Below the pieces are notes generated by a model, which saw only the letters and a program-made list of their open reading frames with translations, did not search any database and was not told the DNA's origin. Positions 10,481 to 22,224 of a stretch of 64,000 nt of DNA are shown piece by piece. A program made the position numbers and the translations under genes. Every line of letters starts with the position of its first letter. Within the stretch, counting starts at the first letter, position 1. This DNA is from Lama guanicoe (lineage: Eukaryota). The stretch spans positions 1,054,001 to 1,118,000 of the forward strand of contig MU056000.1 of assembly GCA_013239625.1 (NCBI GenBank), written 5' to 3'.

Positions 10481-13400
10481 CTTTCCCCTCTGCCCAGCCC
10501 GCGCATTTCTTCCTTGCCCCTCCCCTGATGCTGTCCCTTCACCCCAAGGGAGAACACTTTTCCCGCTGGGTCCACACTGGTTCCCACCTGGCTGGCTCTC
10601 AGGGCAGTGGGCGCTGGGCAGTGTGGGAGCCTGGGTGTGGGCACAGGGGCTTGGGCAGGTGGAAGTGGGTGTATCAAGGTGACAGAAACTGCCTGGGGGC
10701 CAGCAAGCCTGTGACCTGCCCAGGACTGGGCCCTGACAGGGGAACTTTTTCAGTCCTTTCCAGGGCCCTTCTCGGCTGGGCCTCTGGCCTGGGAACACAC
10801 TTCCATGGGGAACGCACTGTGGCTTCTGCAGCCTGAGGCTGGGCGGGAGGCAGTGCGCGGGCCTAGGTCCCGGCCTCCCTGACCCCTGACCCTCAGTCCG
10901 TCAGCCTGGAACCCTGTGCCCTGGGGTCCTCCCCCAGCCCCATCATTTTCACTTCAGAGAACCAAAAACTGGTTTCTCCTGTGGTTTGTGGCAGTGACAC
11001 TTGAGGTTTGTTGACTTGGATAATGTCTGAAAAAGTTATCTGCTGTTTCCCCACTTTTCTCCTTCCAAGCACTCTGCTGCAGCTGGGCAGGCAGTGCACA
11101 TCCGCTTGCGTCACCGGTGGCGCTGCCAGGCCGGCAGGGCCTTTGTCTCCAGGCCTGGCCCATCTTCTCACTTCCCCTGGAGCAGGGCTTCCTGGGAGAG
11201 AAAAGAGCCGGAACCCGCCTTCCTGGTCCTGCTGCTGGGCCAGAGCTTCCAGGGTCTTCTAGGGGAAGGACCCAGATTTGGCCTCTGGGCCCTCTCGGTA
11301 ACATGAAGGGGGGCCTCATGTGGACCGCAGACCTGTCGGCATCCAGCTAGACGGCACATCACTGTGGCCCACTCCCTGGGCTGTTGGAAGGGTGTTCTGG
11401 GAGGAGCTTGGGGTGGAGGATTCATTTGGTTCCAGCCAGAAGGAAGTGGAGGGAAGGCCCCCTGCACCTGGGGAGGAGAGGCCAGCAGCTGGCTTCTGTC
11501 GCATCTCCTGTCCATCTCCTCTCCATGCTGTGCTGGATGCTCTGGGCAGTGCCCTGGGCCCAATAGGGACAGGCAGCCGCCCCTCCCTGCAGAGCGTCCC
11601 TGGACTAGGATTCTTTTCATAACTGAGGAGGTGCAAGGCAGGTTTGTGTTTGCAGCCTCAACTGGGCGAGAAACTCATCTCACGTTCACGGAGGCAACCT
11701 GCTGCCCAAGGGGGCGCAGGCGGCCGGCTGCCCGAGAGGACCCTGCGCTGTGGATTTCCATAGCCCCAAACACCAGACACCTGGAGGAACACCACCCCCA
11801 GGAGTGTGCCCTTCCCTGGGGGGGACTCCCTTCACTTGAGTCCCCCAAGGCCCATCTTCAGCACCTGACGATTTGGGTGCTATCAGGCTGGACTTGCCCT
11901 GGGCCCCTGACCAAGTGACTGGCGGCATCAGCAGCCACCCTGCCTCTCATGCTTCGACCTCTCGGGCAGGGAGCCGCCCCAGCCCTCGCGCCCTGCGCTG
12001 GGGCTCTGAGGAAATGATGGAATAGCCTAGGTCTGGCCATGGGGCCTCAGAGTGAGCAGTTAATCCAGAAAGCAGGTCTGCAGCCTCAGCCCCTCGAAGG
12101 GCAGCGGTCCTCCCGGGCTGGCACGGGCTGCCCCAGTGTGCCATGCGGCCCACTCTGGTCAGTCCTGGCTCCCCGAGGAGCAGCTCTCAATCCCTCTTTG
12201 TCTTTCCTGTTGGCAGAGCCAGGAGTGCGATCTGAAACAGTCTCTGAGCCCCCAGGGCTTGGCTGGGCCTGCGTCCTCCCCCTCGCCTGAACATTGCTGC
12301 AACTTGCAGAGGCATCTGGGGGCTGAGAAGACAAGAGAAGGCTACGCGGCAGCTGACGGGGCGGCTCTGGTGCTGCCCGTGGTGCCTGCTGTTGCCTGGG
12401 GCCCAGGGTCTGTGGCCCCTCCCCTGCGCCCCGGGGCCCAGGAAAGCTGAGGGACTCTTGCCTGGGCCAGCCTCAGGGAGGTCACTGGGCCGCGGTGTCC
12501 CGGAGATGCTGCTGTCCTTGGAGGGACCCTGTCCTCAGTGATGCTCCTGGCCTGACCCAGCAGTGGAGCTGTGCTTTGGGGCCAGGTCCCCAAGTTGCAG
12601 TGCAAAATCTTTCATCTTTGCAAAGCCAGCGGTGGAGCTGGGAGCCTGTTCTGCACTGGCCCTGGGCTCCAGGAGAAGTCTCTCCCTTTCTTTACCCACT
12701 ATGAGGCAATGCCAAACTCAGAATTACTTACAGCAGAACGTCGGAGTGGTTCTTTCTTAAAGCAGTCCAGTTAGAGATGGTGATGTGTGGTCTGGACGCA
12801 GGTCAGAGGCGCTCACGGTCCCTACAGAGTGACCGCGAGTGGACTGGTGCCAGTGGATCTCGTGCCTCCCCTGTCTGGCCCCTTCCCTCATAGGGTTGGA
12901 AGGACGCTGAGGCAGCAAAGATTGGAGGTTTTTTAATTTCCCCCTCACTTCAGGAATATGATGTGTGTCTGTAATGTTGAAACGCACCAGCAGACTTTAG
13001 GAAGATTTCTGTTATTAAAAGTGAAAGGCTATTAATCCAAACTTTAATCCAAACTGTATCTGTAGCTTGTATGTTTAAACTTGAAATGTGTACCATGCAC
13101 ACCCTGGAATCACCAACATCCCAGCCCAGAAAGACACCCACGGGAAATGAAGAGATTTTTAAACCATAGAGAAAGGTAACAGCTCATGTCACTGCCTGGA
13201 ATTTGAATATCACTTTGAATTCCTTGACAGAGTATTCAGAGTCTTTAGCAGGGAGAAGAAAAACATAAACATTTATCCTTAGTGCGCAGCTGGTGCTCAC
13301 TCGAGGGACCTCCCCGCACAGAAACCTCCTGCGGGGGAGGGGCCTCCCGCCCACAGCCCGGGAAGCCTCACGGGGCGGACGTCCACCTGGAGTCTGCACA

Positions 13401-13959
13401 AAGGAAGCGTATATTCCGTCGGTGGGAAGAGGGGGCGTGGCTGCTCCCCCAGGGCACTCATTTATGTGGGCTGTTCTCTTGCAACTGTTTGCCAAAAATT
13501 CACAAACAGAAGGTGACAGGTACCAAATGGCATTTGCACAGGTCATTTGAAAAGAAGACTGTGGCGGGGGTGTAGTGCACCGAGGCTGTGGGCTTGTGGT
13601 TGCCCAGATGCAAAGAGCACACCTTATGCCCCTCACCTGCTCCCCTGGGCACTGCTCCCAGTCAAGCTGCCCTCTGACCTCTCCTCCACCCTCCCACCGG
13701 GGCTGGGGGCTCCGGAGGTCTGTGTGAGAATGCTCCCTGTGTACCCAGACAGCACGTGCAGATAGGAGCGTTTGCTGGGCATGCACAGAGCTGGCATTTT
13801 GTTGTCCTGGGAGTGTCCTGTGTCCCTTCCGGGGTGACTCAGGTGTGCGCTACTGTCCCAAGCCGTCCTGAAGGTGGCATTTCCCCGTCCTCCGCATTGC
13901 ATCCAGGGGACGCTGCAGACCCCACGTTAAACACCCCCTTGCCCGCGGCGCACCAGCAG

Positions 13960-14275
13960 TGACCAGCGTAATGCACTGGCTTTTAATTACTGTGGTGGCA
14001 AGTCACATGGGAATGTCCTCCAGGAGTTAGCTGATTTTTATATGAAAAAACACCATTTCAGAGTATTTTTGAAATTCAATTAATTGAAGGCCCAGATAAA
14101 AGGAACACATTCTTAATGGCTATAAAATCACCCGGAGGGAGGCGAGGGAGCGGGGCTGACTTCAAAGCGCAACAGAAATCCTCACTGTTTCACTTTAAAA
14201 GTCTTCAGATCAATGACTCAGTTAAAGTTACTTAGACAGTGAGCAACCTTTTCATTTTCTGTCTGAAAATGACAG
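13960..14275. promoter_or_regulatory. Candidate enhancer / conserved non-coding element
   Basis: AT-rich non-repeat block with perfect palindrome TTCAATTAATTGAA (14075-14088), AGATAA, TGACTCA (14214-14220) and TGACAG. Confidence 0.45.
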
Positions 14276-14429
14276 AGTGTTCTTGCCCGGGACACAGGCG
14301 CTCCAGGGGGACTGCTGGCCACGACACCGGGTCGGAAGTGGGTCAGCTTTGCTCAGGACCAACTCTGCCCGGGGCTCAGGGCAGCCCCAGTGTCTCGCTC
14401 TCTCCCTGGAGGGGTCCTGATCGGTGGCT

Positions 14430-14779
14430 GAGACCGCAGTCAGTTACTGCCTCAGTGCTGGAGGTGAGAAGTCCGGGACCAGGCTGCGGGCAGCCTTCTC
14501 CAGCCGTGAGGGGATTCCGTGAGACTCTGGCGGCCACTGGCAGTCCCTGCTGTCCCGGTGGACACACCATCTGACCTCTGCCTCCATCGTCACCAGGCAG
14601 TCTCCCTGTGGGTGTCTTGGTCTCCGTGTCCAAATGTCTCCTATTTATAAGGACATCAGCAGACCGGGTTGGGGCCCACCCTCACGACCTCATCTTCACT
14701 AATTACATGTGCAGTGACGCCGTGTCCACATAAGAGCGTAAACATGTGAATTCTGGGGGACACAACTCAGCCCCTAACA
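14430..14779 (-). mobile_element. MaLR LTR (MLT1A/B/C-like) solo LTR
   Basis: Diagnostic segments ttataaggacatcag, gggcccaccctcacgacctcatctt..taattacat and terminal gggggacacaactcagcccctaaca. Confidence 0.75.
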
Positions 14780-15329
14780 GAGGGGCACCCTGATGTGCCA
14801 CGCCATGGCCCCAGGTTGTTTCCGGCCCTGCTGCCCATCACCGCAGTTGGGAGGGAGACCTGTGCTGGTCACCGTGCCGGCATCACGAGGGACTCAGCTT
14901 GGTAGGTGAGCTAGCCTCTTGGGGCCCAACAGCCCCCTCCCTGTTTCCTTTCTGACCCTGCAGTCTGAGCCGGCAGCATCACTGCTGGAACGACTTTCTC
15001 CGGAACTTCGGGCCTTCCGTGGATCTCACTGGGGCTCCATCCATCACACAAGATCTGTCCCCAGTAATTCCTTCTCTGACCTGGCCTCCTGCCAAGAGGC
15101 CCAAAAAACAGCGGACCTTCAGTGACTGAATTCTCTCACCTTTGATGGTTCTGAGGACTTAGTGCCAGGTTGTGGGGGCATGACTGGACTCCCGTCGTGA
15201 CCTTGCTAGATTTTTCTGGTTCCCAGACTACTCCATCTCGGTGGTCTCTGGCCAGGGAACGGTGTTGAGTGGGTGTCGTGCTGTGGGGGGGGGGTCGGTG
15301 CTGCTTGCCAAATTTGGGGGCCGCGTGTG

Positions 15330-15440
15330 GCTGCTCGCAGGGCTGGATTGCACTGCCTGGCCACCTCGAGGCAGGTGTGGCCTTGTGACTGCCTTTGGCC
15401 AGCGAAACCAAGCAGAAGTGACCTGTGTCATGGCGTCACA
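15330..15440 (+). mobile_element. Old MLT1 (H/I/J-like) LTR fragment
   Basis: ggtgtggccttgtgactgcctttggccagc...gcagaagtgacctgtgtca resembles the MLT1 core. Confidence 0.45.
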
Positions 15441-16704
15441 GAAGCTGGTGAGCGAGGCCCCCTACGGCAACAGCACGAACCCCAGGCCAAGGCTCAGGCA
15501 GTCTGGCTCGGGAAGGAGACCCCGCTGGCCGGCAGGACAGACCATGGGGGCGGGAACCCACCGCCGTGTGGAGCTGCGGATTTGTTGGGATTGTTTGTCA
15601 CAGCGGCACAACTCATCCCAGCTGCCCGCTGCAGGTACTCCTCGGCAAGTAAGATTAATAACGTTACGCTGTAATTGTATGCTATTATGTGATTACACTG
15701 TAATCATAAGGTATAATTATAAAATGGTGATTGTATATTATTATGTAATTATATATTATAATTTTCAATACAGAGAAAGCAACTAGGCAGAGAGATTACC
15801 TTAAAGGGAAGGTATAAGGTGAGGGCAAAATAAACAATGCCTTTAAAGGCTGGAAGTTAAAATGAAGCACCCTTTCATCACTTTCATAGACATGAAAAAC
15901 AGGTTTGCAAGAAAGTTCCTTAACTTAGAAGCAAATAGCTTCTGCTTGTGAACATCTCTAGCCTCTCTGTCCTGTCTCCAAGAGGAGGACCATCTGGAGG
16001 ACTCCTCGCCCTGCGGGCCCCCCACCCCCGGGGCTGCCTGAGCATGCGCACCGTGAGAGGGCTGCTTCACGGAGCCCTGGGGCCGGCACTTGGCGTGGCC
16101 CTGGCTCCTGCGCTGACCTCCAGGCACAAGGATTACGGGGCCGTGGGGGAGGGAGGGCTGTTTTGCCAGCCCTGAAGAGCTTATAGAAAAACCGTGATGA
16201 AACACAGCGTCTTAAACCAGCAGCCCAAATGCACAAAGAACCAGCGAAGTTCCAGGGTGACCCTAAAAAAGCCCAAATATTTCTTCTTCCAGTTTAAGGG
16301 AGATAGGAATATTTATTCTTGCAACACTCATAGTAAATAATATTAAATATTACTTATTTTCCATGTTTTATCTAATATTTAATAATTCAGTAAATACTTT
16401 TAATACTAAATCATATTTGATACTATCTTTTATGTCTTTCGTCTAACAAATATTTTACCTTGACACAGTCAAATCTTTCGTTACCCTGTATTAATTTACC
16501 TCCTCGTTCACATTTATAGTTGTGACCCCGACGGTTCTTCCAGCTTTACAATTTCAGCACCTACATCTAGGCCTCGGTCCCCCAGGAACGTGTGTTTTGT
16601 TACGCCCTGTGATGCGGGTCAGTGTTTACTTCTATGTGCCGGTAGCCACTTTCCCTAAGGTCACTCATTACAACAATTTTTTTAGTGCGTAGACTTGAAC
16701 TCAC

Positions 16705-16840
16705 TTTTTTGTTCTGTTTGCAAGATAGGTAATTAGGTTTGTGTATTTATTTTGTTTACTTTCAACAGAGGCACTGGGGATTGACCCAGGACCTCGTGTG
16801 TGCCGAGCGCACACTCTACCACTGAGCTACGCCCTCCCCC
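16705..16840 (-). mobile_element. tRNA-Ala-derived SINE (Vic-1-like, camelid)
   Basis: Reverse complement reads GGGGGAGGGCGTAGCTCAGTGGTAGAGTGTGCGCTCGGCACACACGAGGTCCTGGGTCAATCCCCAGTGCCTC...AAACCTAATTACC, with A and B boxes and the family tail. Confidence 0.85.
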
Positions 16841-19800
16841 TCAGACTCACCCTTTGTCCTTTGAACACGCTCTTTCACAATGAAAGCCTGTCGGGAGGAA
16901 ACAGTGGCTGCCCTGCACGGCGGTCAGTAGCGTCATCAAGGGCCACGTTGTAACCCATCTTAGTGGCGGGTGTGACGAGGTTCCTCGCAGGGTGGGGACG
17001 TGGTGACTGGTTGGGGGTCATGACGGCTGCTGGCAGAAGGCTTTCCGGAGACTTCCATCAGCCCAGGGGTGGCGCCGCTGAGGGCCCGCGAGCACCTGCG
17101 CTCTCCTCTCTCCTTCTAGGAACAGGCGTCCCCTGGACCTTGAGCCGCCTCTGAGAAGTGGCTGCTGCCGCCCCCTAGCAGCCACGCGGGAGGGGGTGCC
17201 CGGGGCTTCCGCAAGACCAGTTTAAGAGGAGACCACTTACCCTTCTCTGCCTGCCTCCTGTCCCCGCTGGCTGGAAAGTGGGAGAGCTGGCGTGGCTGCC
17301 CTGGGCCCAGAAGTCGAAGCCGACCTTGCTGGGCCCCCGACACGCGAGCCGGTGGTCTGTGTCTTACTGGAGCCGCGGGGTGTTTGCCCCGAGACGGCGT
17401 CCCAGCCCGCTCCCCACGCGTGGCGGGGCCGGACCGGCAGCACCAGCGAGGCGGCGGGGACTCCACCGCTGGCTGAGGGTGCAGACCCGGGGAAGAAGCA
17501 CCAGGCAGGGGGCTCGGGTCTGGCTATGCGGTGCGGGATGTCTGTGGCCGCTTGTGAAACGGCCCCGGGAGAAGCAGCTGCTTTGCGGCAGGACGTGGCG
17601 GAGGCCCGGGCTGCTGGGAGGGCGCTCGGTGCAGCTTCTGCGTGGCCGCCGCGACCTGTTACCCGCCGTGCACGCTGAGGCTCCGCCCGCTGGGTTTGTA
17701 CTGAGAGGTGATGGGTGGGGGGCTCTGCAGAAAGCGGGAAAAAGTGATAAAAGGGATCTAATAAAGTAAATACCAGCTTTCTCTAAGCGATTTGCTTTGT
17801 GTTTTTTTTAACATCTGATAAAATGAAATGAAATGGTTATAATGGCAGGCCTTCCGGAAATTGGATTCCTAGTCTCCACCTACTTCCCTTGAGCCTGGTG
17901 GTCCCCGGGCCCCGCAGACGTGGGGCTGGTACCCACCCCACCCCACAAACACCAAAGGATCAGTACGTCGTCTCCTGGACACACAAGGGCACACACACCC
18001 AGAGGCACACGTGCTGGGCTGGGTTGTGGGTTGGGGGCCTTGCCTGCCAGTGGGGGCTCCTCGGAGAACACACACCTGCTTCTTCAGGGCCTCGGCTTGG
18101 CAGCCTGGCATCGTGAGACCTTGGAGTGAAGGTCTGCCCCGGCCAGGGGGCCACCTGCGTTCTCGTGAGCTGTCAGAAGCTCCGGGCTACCTGGATGTAC
18201 CCAGAGTTGGCACAGTCTTCCGGGTCCGCCCTCCAGAGGGGTGGCCACCTGCTTCCGTCCTGTGTGAAATGGGCTTCCGTGTGCACAGGCATCCTCTTCA
18301 GAAGTTCCCTCAGAGCCTGTGTAGCCTGAGGCCTGGGGTGACCGCTCCCCGCACCCTCAGGGAAGAGCCCAGCCTCAGGCCGGCTCTTCTGCCCGGTGTG
18401 ACCTTCCAGCTGGCGCCACGTCCATGGCCTGGGGCTCCCCATCTTGGACAGAAAGCGCGGCTCAGGCAGCCCCCTTTCCAGACGGGGCTTTCTTGCCGTC
18501 TGGCGTCCTGTCTGTGGGACAGTCTGTTGCTGGGAGGTGTCATCACAGACGTCACCTCCCAGGCCACCTGACGTCTCGCGACGCCGCGTGTTCTCTGAAT
18601 TTTGAAATACTGACCGAAGTCCTGGCTCCAGAGCAGCAGCTCCCGGCCTGGCTGGGGTCCTGCCCACACTCTTGGATGCCAGGTGGGAGAGGACACCTGC
18701 GCCGGGTCCACAGCCTGGGGGCCTTGGTGGCCCTTCCACTGACCTCAGACCCCCAGACCCCTCCGACCCCTCGCCCTCCTCGTGGTGACACTGACTCGGT
18801 GCCCTGGTCATGTCTCTCTGAGGGGAGGGGAGGTGGAGTGGTTGTCATTGTGGTCGAACAGAAGCAGCTGAAACAAGCACCAGGCCTGTGACCATCAGTG
18901 TCGCCCACCGTCTGGCAGAGGAAGCGGCCCACCTTGGGTCCCTGGTCTTCATGGTCGAGGCAGGCACCCCACAGTGCTGGGAAGGGTTGATGGTTTTTGC
19001 TTCAATTCCTCAGAGTTTCTTCAGGACTGGAGGTCAGGCCGCGTGGCCTGAAGGGTCGCAAGCTCTGAGAAATTTTCTATGGACTCAAATTAAAAAAAGA
19101 GCAACACAGAACTGGGAGTTTGCAACTTTACATTTTACCTAAATCTGGCTTTGCAGCCACCGTGACACAGAGGGGCACACGGAGGAGGTGGAAATGCCCG
19201 CCTTTGTCCCAGCTGAACGTGCCGTGAGGGCGGCCGGGCGGCTAGTGCGGGAGGGAAGTTTTCACGGGAAGCCCAGAGACAGAGCGTTTGTGTCCAGCGG
19301 ACCGTGGTGTTCCGCGCCTCCGGCGGCCCCTGGTGAGGCTCGGCCCGGGCGTCCAGGCGGCGAGCAGGCAGGTGCGCTGCGGCGGCTGCGGGGCTCTGGC
19401 GCTCACCCAACAGGGAGTGTGTGCGCACCTTCCCGGCCTTGCTGCTGCCGGGGCCTCGCTCTCCGGTTGTGCCTGTTTGCCTCTGACTTGCTTGCAGGCT
19501 GGATGTCGCCGCTTTGGGGCCTGCCTTCCACCATGGATGACAACTTTGTTAAACCCCCAAATCACATTCCTCCGGGTCAGCTTGGCGCGCACGACGCGCC
19601 AGACGCCGTCCGCAGCCGCTCCTGGGCGGCTGCCTGCGGGGTGAACACCGCTCTCCCGGCGGCGGGGGACCTGAGGAAACTCCGTGCTCCCCCGCGATTC
19701 CAGCTTCGTCTGGGCGCCCCCTCGTCTTTAGCCTCTTGTCCACAACAGGCTTGCCCTGCGGGATCGGTGGAGTTGGGCTGGGACAGGCAGCGTGTGAAGC

Positions 19801-22161
19801 CACACTGGTGGTCTGCTCCCAGGGGTGTAAATCTGGAGCCATGTGAATCCAGGCCCATTCCTGCTTCCACAGGGCCCGGGGACCCCATCCCTGAGTTGCA
19901 GCCCACCCAGGAGAGGGGCCAGGCCACGCAGAGAGGACGTGGCTGCACGTGGCTGTGCCACGGGCAGGGGAAACTTGCGGACGATGGTGTGCAGGGCTCT
20001 CCTCTTATCCCAGCCTTGGGGACAGTCTAGAAATAGAAGTGTGGACCATGAAGATGCTAGCTTTCCCTGCTCCCAACTCCACATTTTAAAACCGTTTCTC
20101 GTGGAAACTTCCAAACATTCACAAAGATAAAAAGAATCCTGGAATGGAGAGGAGCAGCTGCTTCAGCAAGGACAGAACCCACGGGCTGTGGGACCACCGT
20201 CCTCGACCTCTTCCATGGCCCGAGGCCAGTCCGACCGCTGTCCCCGGCTGTTTGCTCTGAAGCACACACAGGTGCCACATCTGTAAGTGTCTCAGTAAGT
20301 GTCCCTGAAAGACGGGGACGTGAAAACGTCTCCGGGACAAACACCACACCTGGGAGTCACCAAATCTCTGAGAGCCTCAGATATGCCACCCGTGTCCCAC
20401 TTCCCTGTTTCGTCCAGGTTGTTCCGGCCTCGGGATCTGAGGAAGGTCAGACACGGAGCACAGCTGACCTCTCACCCATTTCTCCAGGTGCTCAGCTCCC
20501 ATCTGACTTTTGCCTTTCTGCTGCCGCGCTGCTGCTGAAGAATAAGTGAGGTTTTGTCCTGGGGAGGTTCCCGCGTTCCTCGTGGGATTAGTTACAGCCC
20601 TCCGTCCGTCGGCAGTTAGAGCTGGGGACCCGGTCGGGTTTAGGTTCAGCGGGGCAGGACTGCCCCTCGGGCGGCGTGCGTTCCCAGGAGCAGTGCCCCT
20701 CGGGGGGCGCCTTTCCTCCTGTGACGACGGTCAGCACTGCTGGTGGCGGCAAGGGCCTGGACACGGCGCTGTCTGAACTTCGGCAGCCTCCCCCTGCCCG
20801 TCAGCGGGGACCCTGCCCTGAGCAGCCCTGGCTTACAGCACGGAGGGGGGATGGGCTGCGAGCTGATGTCTCCGGGCCCTCCAAAGGGGAGAAGGGAGGG
20901 GTTGTTGGAGCTGCAGCACCGGCTGGACTTGAACTGAGCTCCTGTGTTTGATCCACTGGGGCTCAAGCTGCCCGTTTTGGTGGCTGGAGCCTCTTCTTGG
21001 TACTGTGGTCTGGATGGCTCCCTGCTTTGCGACCCCACGATGGGGTCCCCATGTGTATTTCCTGTCCCAGTCCTGGGAGGAGCGACTTCTGCCACGACCC
21101 TGGCTACTTTCTAGACAAGTGCTCTTTGTGGGTCACAGCCTGGGCATGGCGTCCCCACGTGGGAACGGTGGAGGCTGGGGCCGCAGGCTGGTGCACGGGG
21201 CGCGGCCAGAAGCTGGGCTAGCCTGTCGGTCTCGCTGGGGGTGTGGGGCCCACTCGGGGCCCCACCTGCGGTTCTAGCTGTCACCATGATAAAGCGGGCA
21301 CTCCAGTTTTCCACCCACATTTCGGTTTCCACCTGTTTACCCTTGGAATAATGTTTTGAGCCACCAAAGGAAACACTGCTTTAGAAGACGGGATAACATT
21401 TCATGGCAGCTGCCGAGGAAACGTGTTTTTCTATCTCAGAATGAGTTTTGCTGCCTCTGTCTGAGAGATGCTAGTTGATCTTTGTCCCCCCGACCCCTTT
21501 GCAACAGTGACGCGATTTTCATTAAAGTGACACAACTCGTGGCTGTCACCCACGAGCCTTGTGAAGAGCGCTGGAGTCCACGTCGGCGGGTCAGTCAGGC
21601 GGTTTGCGGGGGTGGGAGGCTGAAGCCGACCATGGAGGGGGCCCCGGGCTCCCATGCCTCTTCAAGAGGTGCGAAGTGGAGGGACCTTAGAAACACGGAG
21701 GTTAAACACTTTTTCTGCTAGAACACAAAATCCCCAAACTGGAAACCTGCCAGGAGGGGATGCCATGTCCCTGGGACATACCCCGAGGGATCAGGGCCAG
21801 TCAGAGTTGCTGCCGCCACCAAGCCCTTCCTCCCGGACCCGACAGTTGTCCCGTCTCTGTCCTCCAGGGGCCATGCTCCAGGGGCGGTGGTGACTGACCC
21901 GCACACTGCCAGCAGCAAACCGTTGCGGGCCTGAACGTCGCAGGCCAGGCGGCTGTCAGACCGCAGCCCTGGGGAGAGGGAGGGCAGGCACATCTCCTTG
22001 GCTCAGCTTTTCTGGATGCTGGAGACCCCACTCGTGTAGCAGGACACACCCCGATGTCTGTCACTCATTTGTTGTTTCACCAGAAATCGCCGTTTGATTG
22101 AGGAGGAAGGCTGGTTGGTGTGGCTGGTTGGCACGTCTGACACATGAGTGTGCAATAGAGC

Positions 22162-22224
22162 GGGGGGGGGGGGGGGGGGCCTGGTCCGAAGGGGGGGGGG
22201 GGGGCGTGGCCTGGTCCGGCCTGG
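22162..22224 (+). repeat. Twin poly-G tracts with a repeated ggcctggtccg unit
   Basis: Two G runs of about 14-18 nt, seen directly. Confidence 0.75.
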
